Positions 1 to 11,548 of a stretch of DNA of 64,000 nucleotides are shown here, in pieces. Position 1 is the stretch's first letter. Each line of letters begins with the position of its first letter. The position numbers were made by a program, and so were the translations under genes. The notes beneath the pieces were generated by a model, which worked only from the letters and a program-made list of their open reading frames with translations, made no database searches and had not been told where the DNA came from. The stretch comes from Syntrophobacteraceae bacterium (GTDB lineage: Bacteria > Desulfobacterota > Syntrophobacteria > Syntrophobacterales > Syntrophobacteraceae), in the NCBI GenBank assembly GCA_018053185.1, contig JAGPLX010000009.1:266-64265 (forward strand). The letters run 5' to 3'.

Positions 1-1774
1 TTTCGATTCGGCATGGCTGAAATCCATCCTGCGAGTAATCCGGCGTCGATGGGCGGTTTGCACCCTGTTCTTTATTTCCGCCTTTACCGCCTTTTTGTAT
101 AAAGTCCCCCAATTACTGCAGGGCTACTCACACCGTCATTTTACCCTTTCGGAACGATTGCTCACGGAAGCCCGAGTGGTAGTCTGGTACATTTCGGCCC
201 TGCTCTGGCCCGACCCCGACCGGCTGTCCCTCGAGCACCACTTCGATCTATCCACCGGCCTGTTGACTCCCCTCTCCACCCTTGTGTCCATTCTGGTTAT
301 CTGCATTCTGATCTTCGGGAGCATTTGGAAACGCAAGAGCTATCCCCTGGCAACCTATGGATTGATCTGGTTTTTTCTAAACCTGGCCATCGAATCGACC
401 TTCATCCCCCTCGAATTGGTTTTCGAACACCGCATGTATCTTCCTTCGGTGGGATTGATTCTCACCAGCGTTGTGTGCGCGTCTTCCCTGCTCTCGAGGG
501 TTCCGGCCGGATGGGTCGCGGCAAAATCGCGAACAACCCTGGGATGGTGTCTGGTGGCGATCTTAGCCTCCGCATTCACCCTGGCTACATTCGCCCGGAA
601 TCAAGTATGGGAAACCGCCGTCAAGCTGCATACCCATGATGCGCGACTGCACCCCAGGAGCCCCCGGGCCCACTCCAACCTCGCTGTCGCCCTGGCACGG
701 GCCGGGCTGTTTGAAGAAGCCGTACGCGAGGCGGAAGAAGCCATCGAGGTGGGTATCCCGAACTATGAGGCCGATGCAGTTGCCATGAATATCCTGGTCA
801 TTTCCCACTTTCGACTGGGGCAGCCGGAGGAGGCCATCGAGATAGCGGAAAGATACCTTCGCGAGCGTCCTCCGGAATCGGACGTTGGGGCTGTGCCCAT
901 CATCATGTTGAATCTCGGCAGAATCCGATATCAAACAGGAGACCTGTACCAGGCATACGACACCATCACGAGAGCGTTCACCTACAACAGGAGCATCAGC
1001 CCGAATATTCCCGAGTTCGAGATCCCCGTGTCGGTGCTTCTCGAGGATATTGCCGGCGCCGCAGCTGCAAAAGAGGAAGGGATCGACCTGGACGGGGACG
1101 GCTTGCCGGACCCGGGGGATCTGCCTCCCAAGGCCTGGGTGGCCCAACACTTCCTCCGATGGGGAGATCGAAATACGGCCCTCAAGCTCCTCGATAGGGC
1201 CCTTATCGACAATCCCGACCATGTCGGGTGCAAGAACCTGCACGAACTCATCGAAAACCAGGTTGCGCTGGACAAGATGCAGGAAGAAAAGAAGGACTTC
1301 CTGACCAAATACGTGTATCACCCCTTCAGTCCCTTCAATGCCCGCATGGCGGCGGGGTTCGTCCTCCAGAAATGGGGATTGGGCAAATGGTTGCCGCGAC
1401 TGGGAGAGTCTCTCATCCAGCAGGCACTGCAAATGGAACCCAATTCCCCGGATGCTCACTTACTCATGGGCTGGTACCATTTCAAGAACGATGAACCCCT
1501 CAAAGCGGCGGCGGAGGCACGGCGGGCCCTCGAGCTCGACCCGGAATATGCCAGAGCGTGGCTGGCGCTGGGGTTTTTCCTGCAAAAAGCCGATCAGCAT
1601 GAGGCTGCTGTCGAGGCATTTCAGAAAACCCTGGATCTCTATCCCGGCTTTCCCGACCGGCTGACCGTCAAAAGAATCATCGCCGCTCTCAAAGATTCGA
1701 AATCCCTCGAGGGTCCCGGCGTCGAACCGGCGGTGGTCACACAGAAAGAGCAACTTCCCGCCCACGGATCGTAG
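1..1774 (+). CDS. TPR-repeat membrane protein (TMTC/DUF1736-like N-terminal membrane region plus C-terminal TPRs); 5' end truncated by the window edge
   Basis: The frame is open from position 2 with no stop before the listed TTG at 95. The N-terminus has hydrophobic helices (LVSILVICILIFGSIW, YGLIWFFLNLAIES, HRMYLPSVGLILT). The C-terminal half has repeated TPR-like A/L/Y/P spacing (NLAVALARAGLFEEAVREAEEAI, AWLALGFFLQKADQHEAAVEAFQKTL). Confidence 0.6.
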   Translation, partial: FDSAWLKSILRVIRRRWAVCTLFFISAFTAFLYKVPQLLQGYSHRHFTLSERLLTEARVVVWYISALLWPDPDRLSLEHHFDLSTGLLTPLSTLVSILVICILIFGSIWKRKSYPLATYGLIWFFLNLAIESTFIPLELVFEHRMYLPSVGLILTSVVCASSLLSRVPAGWVAAKSRTTLGWCLVAILASAFTLATFARNQVWETAVKLHTHDARLHPRSPRAHSNLAVALARAGLFEEAVREAEEAIEVGIPNYEADAVAMNILVISHFRLGQPEEAIEIAERYLRERPPESDVGAVPIIMLNLGRIRYQTGDLYQAYDTITRAFTYNRSISPNIPEFEIPVSVLLEDIAGAAAAKEEGIDLDGDGLPDPGDLPPKAWVAQHFLRWGDRNTALKLLDRALIDNPDHVGCKNLHELIENQVALDKMQEEKKDFLTKYVYHPFSPFNARMAAGFVLQKWGLGKWLPRLGESLIQQALQMEPNSPDAHLLMGWYHFKNDEPLKAAAEARRALELDPEYARAWLALGFFLQKADQHEAAVEAFQKTLDLYPGFPDRLTVKRIIAALKDSKSLEGPGVEPAVVTQKEQLPAHGS

Positions 1775-1935
1775 ACACCCTTTGACGCCCCACACCCCGT
1801 GCCAGGATTTCCCCCTCCCAAGGAGGCTTTGGCCGTCCATTCTTTTCTTGCGATTTTCCTCGGGAAATGCGAATTTATCGGCCGCAGGGGTTTCCGCACA
1901 GCTATCGAGAGGATTCACACGAAAGGAGCCGCTCC

Positions 1936-2592
1936 ATGAAGACTACGCCTTCCCTTTGGGAACGTGGTGCCGCAATCGTGGCCTTGTGTTGCTTCTCCGG
2001 GATCCTTTTCCAGCCTGCGGGCAGGGTCAACGGGACCAATCCTCCGTCGGAGGCTGCTGCGCAGGCGCCGACCGAAGCGGTGGGGGCCGTGACCGAGGTT
2101 CCTCCTCCCTCCATTCCGCCCATCCGGGAGTCCACGGAAGCAGATCAATCCGAAATCGTCCTGAGCAAAGTTCGGGAGGCTCTGTTGCAGGAGAATTTTA
2201 CCTACCCGGCGACCAACCTGCCGGACCCCTTCATACCGTTCATTTCCGCCGCGGAGCCCCCCCCTCCGCAGGCTGCAGGCAGCGGCGAGTCCGAAACCGA
2301 CCTGCCCCCGGAACAGCAACGGCCTCTCACCCCCCTCCAGAAAATGACCCTGGCCGAAATCGAGAAGGGGCTCCGGGCTATTACCTGGGGTGATCTCGGT
2401 CGCAAGGCGGTCATCGAGGATGCCGCCGGCAAGGGATATATCGTCGAGGTGGGAACACCGGTGGGTGAGAAGAACGGGATCGTCACCCAGATCTTCAACG
2501 ATCGCCTGGTCATTCAGCAGCAGGTATGGGACCGGCAGTCCAAAAAAATGGTGGCGGTGAATTCCGTGGTGAAGCTCAAGAAGCAACCGTGA
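1936..2592 (+). CDS. PilP-like pilus assembly protein (signal peptide, Pro-rich linker, C-terminal PilP beta-domain)
   Basis: ATG at 1936 lies 7 nt after GAAAGGAG. The N-terminus is hydrophobic (AAIVALCCFSGILF). The C-terminus LRAITWGDLGRKAVIEDAAGKGYIVEVGTPVGEKNGIVTQIFNDRLVIQQ matches the recalled PilP pattern (ALI.d..G.gy.V..Gd.lG...G.V..I). Confidence 0.5.
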   Translation: MKTTPSLWERGAAIVALCCFSGILFQPAGRVNGTNPPSEAAAQAPTEAVGAVTEVPPPSIPPIRESTEADQSEIVLSKVREALLQENFTYPATNLPDPFIPFISAAEPPPPQAAGSGESETDLPPEQQRPLTPLQKMTLAEIEKGLRAITWGDLGRKAVIEDAAGKGYIVEVGTPVGEKNGIVTQIFNDRLVIQQQVWDRQSKKMVAVNSVVKLKKQP

Positions 2593-2653
2593 TTGTGCCG
2601 ACGGGACCCAAAGGGCTGCGGGGAACTCTCGCCCGGCCCGGCGGGAAAAGGGG

Positions 2654-3124
2654 TCAGGCGCGTTGCTTCCGGGGGAGGAACGACACCAGTACCATGACGG
2701 CCCCGGCCGTGATGGCGCTGTCGGCAATGTTGAACGCCGGCCAATGGTGGGTGCCCAGGTAGAAATCCAAAAAGTCGATCACCTCCCCCAGGCGAAGCCG
2801 GTCCACAAGGTTTCCCGCCGCTCCGCCCAAGATCAGTGAATAAGCCGCCCGCATCCATCGGTCTCGTGAAGGAAGTTTCCGGTAGGCAAAGAGCAGGATC
2901 CCCATGACCAGGAGGGTCAAGGTGACGAGAAAAGCCAGGCGCAGGGAGGAGGGGGCCCCCGCCAGGAAACTGAAAGCCGCCCCCGTGTTCCGAACATGGA
3001 CCAGGCTGAAAAAACCCGGCACGACTTCCCGGACGGAATGGAGCGGCATCCACTTCTGAACCAGAGCTTTCGTCACTTGATCCAGGAGCACGATTCCTCC
3101 CATCACAGGAACGAGCAGCTTCAT
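2654..3124 (-). CDS. lspA: Lipoprotein signal peptidase (signal peptidase II)
   Basis: MKLLVPVMGGIVLLDQVTKALV...VHVRNTGAAFSFL...GGAAGNLVDRL..VIDFLDF...WPAFNIADSAI is the classic LspA signature. It sits immediately downstream of ileS, the conserved ileS-lspA pair. ATG at 3124 is preferred over the TTG at 3142. Confidence 0.85.
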   Translation of the reverse strand: MKLLVPVMGGIVLLDQVTKALVQKWMPLHSVREVVPGFFSLVHVRNTGAAFSFLAGAPSSLRLAFLVTLTLLVMGILLFAYRKLPSRDRWMRAAYSLILGGAAGNLVDRLRLGEVIDFLDFYLGTHHWPAFNIADSAITAGAVMVLVSFLPRKQRA

Positions 3125-3170
3125 GGATTCTCGAACCCCCAAGTTTTAGACACCGGGTTCGTTGGCCGGC

Positions 3171-5951
3171 CTATCCGACCAGGACCCCGTGACACCTCTC
3201 GCACAGGGTCGGATGATCGGAGAACTTCCCCACCTTTTCCGAACGCACCCAACATCGCTCACATTTCTCCCCGGGAGCAGGCCCGACGAAGATTTTCACT
3301 CCTTCCACCTCCCGGCCCTCCATGGCGCCGTCGAGGTCTTCCCCGGAGAATTCCACCCTGGACACAATGAGAACCGAACGCAGCAGATCTTCCTGTCCCC
3401 GGAGCATTTCCATCCAGGGAGAAGGGAGCTTTAGCACAACCCGCGCATCGAGGGGATGGCCGATCTTTTTGGACTGGCGTGCAGCCTCGAGGACCCTGGA
3501 AACGTCCGCCCTCAAGGCCAGGATCCTTTGCCACCGCTCATCGAGAGATTCGTCCCGGTATTCCGCTCTTTCCTCCGGGAGGCTTTCCATGTGAACGGAT
3601 TCCCCGGTGTGTCCGGGAAGATGTTCCCAAGCCTCCTCGGAGGTGAAGGACAGGATGGGTGCCATGAGCCGCAGGAGAACGGACAGGATTTCATGGAGCA
3701 CGGTTTGAGCCGATCTTCTGGCTCTGCCGTCGGCTGCCGAGGTGTACAGGCGGTCCTTGAGGATGTCCAGGTAAAAGGCACTCAAATCCACCACGCAGTA
3801 GTTGTGAATCGAGTGGTACACCCGGTGAAATTCGAACCGATCGTAGGCGTTTCGAACCCTCCGGACCAGGTCCTGGAGCTGGTGGAGGGCAAACCGGTCC
3901 AGCTCCTCCAGTTCACCCGGGGGCACGGCGTTTGTCGCTCGATCAAAGTCGTAGAGGTTTCCCAGGATGAACCGGCAGGTGTTTCGGATTCTCCGGTAGG
4001 CTTCACTCAGCCGCTTCAGGATATCGGGAGAAATGCGGATATCGTCCCGGTAGTCCTCGGCGGAAACCCATAACCTGAGGATTTCCGCTCCGTATTGCCT
4101 GATGATCTCCCCGGGGGCGATGACGTTCCCGAGGGACTTGGACATCTTGTAGCCCTGTCCGTCCACCACGAACCCATGGGTCAGAACGGTCTTGTAGGGG
4201 GCCTGGTCCCGGGTCCCCACCGCAGCCAGCAGGGAGGAATGAAACCAGCCGCGGTGCTGATCGCTTCCTTCGAGATAGAGGTCCGCAGGCGACCGCAGGT
4301 AGGGGCGAGCCTCGAGAACCGCCGCGTAGGACACCCCCGAGTCAAACCAAACATCCAGGATGTCCATTTCCTTTGTCATTTGTTTGCTCCCGCAGCTGGG
4401 ACACCTCGCGTTTCCTGGAAGAAGCTCCTCGGAGGATCGCTCGAACCAGCAGTCTGCCCCTTCCTTCTCGAAGAGTGCCGATACATGGTCGAAGACCTCC
4501 CGGGTTGCCAGCAGTTCCCCGCATTCCCGGCAGGTGAAGACGGTGATGGGTACTCCCCAGGACCGCTGGCGGGAGATGCACCAATCGGGTCGATTGGCGA
4601 TCATATTGTGGATACGCTCCCTGCCCCAGGACGGGACCCACCGGACTCGATCGATCCATGCCAGAGCCTTTTTGCGCAAGTCATTTCTCTCCATGGAGAT
4701 GAACCACTGCTCCGTTGCTCGAAAAATGACTGGCTCTTTGCATCGCCAGCAGCAGGGATAGCTGTGGGTTATGCGGGTCTCCAGGAGCAGGTTCCCCGTT
4801 TCCTTGAGCTTGGCGACCACGGCGGGATTGGCGTCGAAAACGAACTGTCCGGCAAAAAAGGGGACCTCTGAGGTGAAGGCCCCCCCGTCATCCACGGGGG
4901 AATAGACATCCAGGCCGTATTCGAGGGCCATGTCGTAGTCCTCCCGCCCGTGGCCCGGTGCCGTATGGACACATCCGGTCCCGGCTTCCAGGGTCACGTG
5001 AGTCCCGAGAATCAAGACCGAATCTCGGTCCAGGAAGGGATGACGACACTTGAGACCTTCGAGCTCCGAGGCCCGGAATTTCCTCAACACCCGGTAGTCC
5101 CGGACCCCGAAAGTCTCCATGCAGGATTCGAGGAGGCCTTCGGCCAGGATCCACGCTTCGTCGCCCACCTCTACCGCCACGTACTCGAAATCCGGGTGAA
5201 GAGCCACGGCCAGGTTGGCGGGGAGTGTCCAGGGAGTTGTTGTCCAGATGAGAACCGATGCGGCCTTTCCCGCCAACTCGGGGAACCGGTTTCGGCTATC
5301 GATACCAAGGGGAAATTTCACGTAGATGGAAGGGGAAACATGATCGTGGTATTCCACCTCGGCTTCCGCCAGGGCCGTTCGATCCGTCGGGCACCAGTAG
5401 ATCGGCTTCCTGCTGCGAACCACGCTTCCTTTCGTGAAGAACCGGCCCAGTTCCCTGGCGATGACGGCCTCATAGTCGAAGGACATGGTGAGGTAGGGAT
5501 GGTCCCACTCCCCCAGGACCCCCAGGCGCTTGAATTCCTCCCTCTGAATGTGGATGAACTTCTCGGCGTACCGACGGCATTCCCGCCGGATCTCGATTTG
5601 GCTCATGGCTTTTTTCCGGGGTCCCAGCTCCTTGTCCACCTGGTGTTCGATGGGAAGACCATGACAATCCCAACCGGGAACATAGACCGCGTTGAATCCG
5701 CTCATCTGGCGGGACTTGACGATCATGTCCTTGAGAATTTTGTTGAGAGCGGTGCCCAGGTGAATGTGACCGTTGGCGTAAGGGGGACCATCGTGGAGAA
5801 TGTAGAGGGGACGCTCCCGGCCCTGTTCCCTCAGTTTCTCGTAAAGCCTCATTTGCTCCCACTTGCCCAGGATCTCGGGCTCGAGCCCGGGAAGGTTCGC
5901 TTTCATGGGAAAGGCCGTCCGAGGCAGGTTCAAGGTGTTTTTGTAGTCCAT
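3171..5951 (-). CDS. ileS: Isoleucine--tRNA ligase
   Basis: The protein starts [20 protein letters not shown] and carries HIGH-type ([15 protein letters not shown]) and KMSKS motifs plus a C-terminal zinc-binding CxxC...CxxC. The real start is ATG 5951. The 64 codons further upstream in the tracked ORF cover a terminator hairpin and are not coding. Confidence 0.95.
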   Translation of the reverse strand: MDYKNTLNLPRTAFPMKANLPGLEPEILGKWEQMRLYEKLREQGRERPLYILHDGPPYANGHIHLGTALNKILKDMIVKSRQMSGFNAVYVPGWDCHGLPIEHQVDKELGPRKKAMSQIEIRRECRRYAEKFIHIQREEFKRLGVLGEWDHPYLTMSFDYEAVIARELGRFFTKGSVVRSRKPIYWCPTDRTALAEAEVEYHDHVSPSIYVKFPLGIDSRNRFPELAGKAASVLIWTTTPWTLPANLAVALHPDFEYVAVEVGDEAWILAEGLLESCMETFGVRDYRVLRKFRASELEGLKCRHPFLDRDSVLILGTHVTLEAGTGCVHTAPGHGREDYDMALEYGLDVYSPVDDGGAFTSEVPFFAGQFVFDANPAVVAKLKETGNLLLETRITHSYPCCWRCKEPVIFRATEQWFISMERNDLRKKALAWIDRVRWVPSWGRERIHNMIANRPDWCISRQRSWGVPITVFTCRECGELLATREVFDHVSALFEKEGADCWFERSSEELLPGNARCPSCGSKQMTKEMDILDVWFDSGVSYAAVLEARPYLRSPADLYLEGSDQHRGWFHSSLLAAVGTRDQAPYKTVLTHGFVVDGQGYKMSKSLGNVIAPGEIIRQYGAEILRLWVSAEDYRDDIRISPDILKRLSEAYRRIRNTCRFILGNLYDFDRATNAVPPGELEELDRFALHQLQDLVRRVRNAYDRFEFHRVYHSIHNYCVVDLSAFYLDILKDRLYTSAADGRARRSAQTVLHEILSVLLRLMAPILSFTSEEAWEHLPGHTGESVHMESLPEERAEYRDESLDERWQRILALRADVSRVLEAARQSKKIGHPLDARVVLKLPSPWMEMLRGQEDLLRSVLIVSRVEFSGEDLDGAMEGREVEGVKIFVGPAPGEKCERCWVRSEKVGKFSDHPTLCERCHGVLVG

Positions 5952-6131
5952 GGTCCCTTCTCCCCCACAGAAGAAAATGGCGAACATCGGATGCGGGGCA
6001 GGCACACGGGAAAGGATGCCCGTGGCCATGCCGGGATTCCCGGCTCCCGGAAAGGCTTCTTCCTTAACACACCCTCCGGACATGTCAAGTACCCGGAATG
6101 TGTCGCGACGGGCGGGAAGGAAAGGCTTACC

Positions 6132-6180
6132 GGGGAAAAGCAAGACCCTCTTCTGCCCGTGACCGGCAGAAGAGGGTCTT
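6132..6180 (-). terminator. Rho-independent terminator downstream of groEL
   Basis: A 16-bp perfect stem (AAGACCCTCTTCTGCC 6142-6157 paired with GGCAGAAGAGGGTCTT 6165-6180) has a 7-nt loop. On the minus strand it is followed by GCTTTTCCCC. Confidence 0.65.
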
Positions 6181-6275
6181 TTGCAGCTCTCCGGAGCGAA
6201 TGATTCCGGGTGGGGTCCTTCTTCATACCCGGGCCGGAGTCTGCCAGCCCGGCGATTAAGAAGAAGGAAACGATT

Positions 6276-7940
<1,665 letters not shown>

Positions 7941-7970
7941 TCAGAAGACCCGGGGGAAAAACCGCGCGGG

Positions 7971-8258
7971 TTATTCGATGATCGCAAGGATATCGTCTTC
8001 ACGCATGATGAGAACTTCCTCGCCTTCCACCTTGATTTCATTGCCGGCGTACTTGCTGAAAAGAACACGGTCTCCCACCTTGACATCCAGCGGTCTTCGG
8101 CTTCCGTCCTCCATGAGTTTCCCGTTTCCGACAGCAAGGACTTCTCCCCGGGCAGGCTTTTCCTTGGCGGTGTCGGGAATGATGATCCCACCGACCGTCT
8201 TCTGCTCTTCCTCGGTGCGCTTGACCACAATTCGATCATTGAGCGGCTTCAGTTTCAT
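7971..8258 (-). CDS. groES: Co-chaperonin GroES
   Basis: [49 protein letters not shown] 8258 is preceded by AAAGGAG, and the gene lies directly upstream of groEL. Confidence 0.95.
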   Translation of the reverse strand: MKLKPLNDRIVVKRTEEEQKTVGGIIIPDTAKEKPARGEVLAVGNGKLMEDGSRRPLDVKVGDRVLFSKYAGNEIKVEGEEVLIMREDDILAIIE

Positions 8259-8399
8259 GGATCTGACTCCTTTCCCATTCGCGGTCATTCTATTGTGATT
8301 TGGATGGATCCCAAGGAGGCACCCGGCCCTTTGCGGGGGGGAGCCTTTTCCTTTCGGCTTTGGGAGCCGATTCGGGGTGGTTAATCCACCCCAGTTCTA

Positions 8400-8426
8400 T
8401 TAGCACTCTATCTTAGTGAGTGCTTA
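8400..8426 (-). promoter_or_regulatory. CIRCE element (HrcA operator) of the groES-groEL operon
   Basis: TTAGCACTC-N9-GAGTGCTTA on the plus strand, which reads TAAGCACTC-N9-GAGTGCTAA on the minus strand. The consensus is TTAGCACTC-N9-GAGTGCTAA. It lies 142 nt upstream of groES. Confidence 0.8.
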
Positions 8427-10170
8427 TAATCACTTGGGGATCGGTTTGCAAGGGGGAAGAAGAGGGGATTGGGAAAAAAAGGGAAAAGGTGGTTCCCGCC
8501 CGGTCGTGGTGCGTTACTTCGATTCTTCCGCCGGCATTTTCCACCAGCTGATAGACGATGCTCAACCCCAAGCCTGTCCCGCTCTCTTTGGTGGTGAAAA
8601 ACGGTTCGAAGACCCGGTCTCGAATCTCGGGCGCGATCCCGTGCCCCTCGTCTCGGATATCCACCCGAGCCTCGGGACCGTTGGCGTCCTCCCTCGAGAC
8701 CAGGCTTAAACGAACGGAAAGGTTCCCTCCCTCCGGCATGGCCTCCAGGGCATTCACCAGGAGGTTCCACAGGATTTGTTGAAGATGATGAGGGTCCATG
8801 AACAGGGTGGGGCTCGCTTCCATAGTCGTGTGAATGGTCTGGTGGGCAGAAACTCTCTCCTTGGCCTTCAAAAGGGCCAGCACATCCTGTATGAGGGCAC
8901 CTGTCGAAATCTTCTCGCTCCTCTCGGGCTTTTTCGATCCCCTGGCCAACCAGAGGAAGTCGTTCACCAGGTCCTTGATCCTGACAATCTCCCGGTCCAC
9001 AATGTTCACCAGTCGGGACTGGATCGAATCCGTTCGGATTTCCCCGCGCAGCATCTGGAAGGCACCGCTCATGGCTGCCAGGGGGTTCTTGATCTCATGG
9101 GCGATTTCCGCGGCGATTTTCCCGGCAAACGCCAGGCGTTCCATGCGCCGCACATGGTCTTCCATGGTTTTGAGATGGGTCAGGTCCTGAAAGATGACAA
9201 TCCAACCCGATGCCTCCCCGTTTCCCTCCTGGAGGACCGAAACCGTGTACCCCAGGGTGACATCCTGCCCCGAAGGTCGTTGATACCGGAGCTCTCGTCT
9301 TCTCATGTTGCATATGGGGGAAGAGAAGGAAGAAGGGATCTCTCTCGACCAGGCGAGCGGATCGACACCTGGAAACACGTTCCGTAAAGGTCGCCCCCGC
9401 AATTCTTCGGCGGTCAACCCCAGGGTCTCCATGGCCGCCCGGTTGCAGAAAATGACCATGCCGTTCTCATCGATGGTAAGGAGTCCGCTGCTCATGCTTT
9501 GCACGATGTTTTGATGGAGAGCCTCGAGCCGGCGTAGATCGAACTTCTGCTTTTCCACCTGGCGGCTCGATCTTTTGAGCTCCTCGGCGAGGGAACCGCT
9601 CAAATAGGCCACCAGGTAAAATCCGGCAATACTCATGAGAATGGTGACGAAATAGGTCCCGCTGTCCCTCAGGTGAGTTCTTTCCGCCACGATTTGGAGA
9701 GGAGAGATCCAGCCGAAATATTGAAGGTCCAGGAGAGTGCCGTACGACAGGCTGCACATGGAAGCGGTGAACAGACTTCCCCTGCGGTGCAGAAGAAGGG
9801 CGGCACTGATGATCACCGGCATATAAAGGAAGGAAAACAGGCTCTCGATCCCTCCCGAGAGAAAGATCAGGACCGTCACGGCCTCCACGTCGAAAAAGAG
9901 CTGAAGGTAGCCGAACCGCACCAGGTTCCGGGTATGTTTCAAGCTCAGCGCGGCCACGATGGTAAAAAGGAAAATCACCATTGAAAAGAAGTACAGGGGC
10001 TGAATTCGGGCCGCCCAGAGGTCTCCCTCCCGGCGACTCTGTACCATGAGGGTCAGAACCAGGAAGAAAACCCCCATGAGCAGCCGAAAGAGGAGAAGAC
10101 CCTGGATCTTCCGTTTCATGGAGGGATCAGGGTAGGGGGGATCTACGCGGGTGCACCTTTCAGGACTCAT
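8413..10170 (-). CDS. Sensor histidine kinase, PilS-like (polytopic N-terminus, PAS, HisKA, HATPase_c)
   Basis: The N-terminal ~190 aa hold about six hydrophobic helices, followed by a PAS-like region (SMSSGLLTIDENGMVIFCNRAAMETLG). An H-box (AAEIAHEIKNPLAAM) and N/G boxes ([27 protein letters not shown]) follow. It lies directly downstream of pilB-pilC as in pilBCSR clusters. The start could instead be M18 (10119). Confidence 0.75.
   Translation of the reverse strand: MSPERCTRVDPPYPDPSMKRKIQGLLLFRLLMGVFFLVLTLMVQSRREGDLWAARIQPLYFFSMVIFLFTIVAALSLKHTRNLVRFGYLQLFFDVEAVTVLIFLSGGIESLFSFLYMPVIISAALLLHRRGSLFTASMCSLSYGTLLDLQYFGWISPLQIVAERTHLRDSGTYFVTILMSIAGFYLVAYLSGSLAEELKRSSRQVEKQKFDLRRLEALHQNIVQSMSSGLLTIDENGMVIFCNRAAMETLGLTAEELRGRPLRNVFPGVDPLAWSREIPSSFSSPICNMRRRELRYQRPSGQDVTLGYTVSVLQEGNGEASGWIVIFQDLTHLKTMEDHVRRMERLAFAGKIAAEIAHEIKNPLAAMSGAFQMLRGEIRTDSIQSRLVNIVDREIVRIKDLVNDFLWLARGSKKPERSEKISTGALIQDVLALLKAKERVSAHQTIHTTMEASPTLFMDPHHLQQILWNLLVNALEAMPEGGNLSVRLSLVSREDANGPEARVDIRDEGHGIAPEIRDRVFEPFFTTKESGTGLGLSIVYQLVENAGGRIEVTHHDRAGTTFSLFFPIPSSSPLQTDPQVIISTH
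8424..8451 (-). promoter_or_regulatory. Candidate sigma70-type groESL promoter abutting CIRCE
   Basis: On the minus strand: TTGCAA (8451-8446), a 16-nt spacer, then TATAAG (8429-8424). The -10 overlaps the first CIRCE arm. The whole element lies inside the last codons of the upstream kinase gene. Confidence 0.4.
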
Positions 10171-10173
10171 GGC

Positions 10174-11388
10174 CTAGCCTCGACCCACAACGTCCGCAAT
10201 CTGGAAAATGGGCAGATACATGGCGATGAGTAGAAACCCGATGGTCACCCCCAGGAAGACGATCATGAGGGGTTCCAGCATGGAGGTGAGAGACTCCACG
10301 GCGATATCCACCTCTTCGTCGTAGAAGTCCGCGATCTTGCCGAGCATCTGGTCCAGGGCGCCGGTCGCCTCCCCGATGGCGATCATCTGGGTGACCATGG
10401 GAGGGAAAACAGCCGTTTCTTCCAGGGGTTCAGCCACCGTGCGTCCCTCGGCAATGGCCGCCCGGGCCTTTCGGATGGCCCGCTCGATGACGGTGTTTCC
10501 GGAAGTGGAGGCCACGATGTCCAGGCCGTCCAGAATAGGCACTCCACTGGCGAGCATGGTTCCCAGGGTTCGCGTGAATCGGGCCACGGCCACCTTCCGA
10601 ATGAGAAGGCCAAAGACCGGGAGCTTGAGAAAAAGGCGGTCCAGGATGTCTCTTCCTTTTTCCGTTTTGCGCACTCGCTTGATGAGAAAAAGCACGATCA
10701 CCACACCCAGGATCATCCAGTGGAAATAGGCCTTGGTGAAATCGCTGACGCTCATGACAAAAAGGGTGAGGGAAGGCAGTTTTGCCCCGGCGTCCTTGAA
10801 CAAACCGGCAAAAACCGGGATCACGTAGATGAGGATGACCGCGACCACGACCAGGGCGATGGCGACGACGATGATGGGGTAGGTCATGGCGCCCTTGACC
10901 TTCTTTTTCAGGTTGGCCACTTTTTCGATGTAGGTCGCCAGCCTGTTCAGGATGATGTCCAGAATGCCGCCCGCCTCTCCTGCGGCAACCAGGTTGACAA
11001 ACAGGTCGTCGAAGGCTTTGGGGTGCTTCCTGATGGCATCGGAAAGGGTGGCCCCCTCCTCGATATCCACCTTCACCTGTTTGACAATCTTTCGAAAGGT
11101 GGGATTTTCCTGTTGCTCCCGCAGGATTTCCAAGGCCTGAACCAGGGGAAGACCGGCATCGATCATGGTGGAAAACTGTCGCACGAAGATGACCAGATCT
11201 CGTTCCTTGATCTTCGCCTGAAGAAAGGGAAGATACTCGCTCAAATCCTTGGGCTTGGGTTTGAGGCTCGTGACGTTGATGCCTTTGCGCGCCAGCAGTT
11301 GCCGGGCAATACTGGGATTATCCGCCTCCGTCTCCCCTTTTTGCTTCTTCCCGGTCCGGTCTGTTCCTTTCCATAGATAGATCGGCAT
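10174..11388 (-). CDS. pilC: Type IV pilus assembly platform protein PilC (GspF family)
   Basis: Two GspF-type repeats are present (FVRQFSTMIDAGLPLVQAL... and FTRTLGTMLASGVPILDGL...) with three TM segments. ATG 11388 follows AGGAGA. Confidence 0.85.
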   Translation of the reverse strand: MPIYLWKGTDRTGKKQKGETEADNPSIARQLLARKGINVTSLKPKPKDLSEYLPFLQAKIKERDLVIFVRQFSTMIDAGLPLVQALEILREQQENPTFRKIVKQVKVDIEEGATLSDAIRKHPKAFDDLFVNLVAAGEAGGILDIILNRLATYIEKVANLKKKVKGAMTYPIIVVAIALVVVAVILIYVIPVFAGLFKDAGAKLPSLTLFVMSVSDFTKAYFHWMILGVVIVLFLIKRVRKTEKGRDILDRLFLKLPVFGLLIRKVAVARFTRTLGTMLASGVPILDGLDIVASTSGNTVIERAIRKARAAIAEGRTVAEPLEETAVFPPMVTQMIAIGEATGALDQMLGKIADFYDEEVDIAVESLTSMLEPLMIVFLGVTIGFLLIAMYLPIFQIADVVGRG

Positions 11389-11548
11389 GTATGTCTCCTG
11401 TAGGGGCATGAGGTTGCACAGGTCACGGCGGTTTCACGGACCTCCGACGGTCCTTGACTCTCTTTTATCTTCGGCGGGCCGGCGATCGCGTTCCCGCCCG
11501 CCTCGGTCCGGCTCCAATCAAGGGCGGAGAAATCACCATCGAGGAGTT

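Noticed and set aside
5952-6143. The 64-codon N-terminal extension of the ileS ORF in the six-frame track.
   Set aside because: The canonical IleRS N-terminus ([10 protein letters not shown]) starts at ATG 5951. The extension runs across the 16-bp-stem groESL terminator hairpin.
4950-6203. A 417-aa plus-strand ORF.
   Set aside because: It is antisense to ileS.
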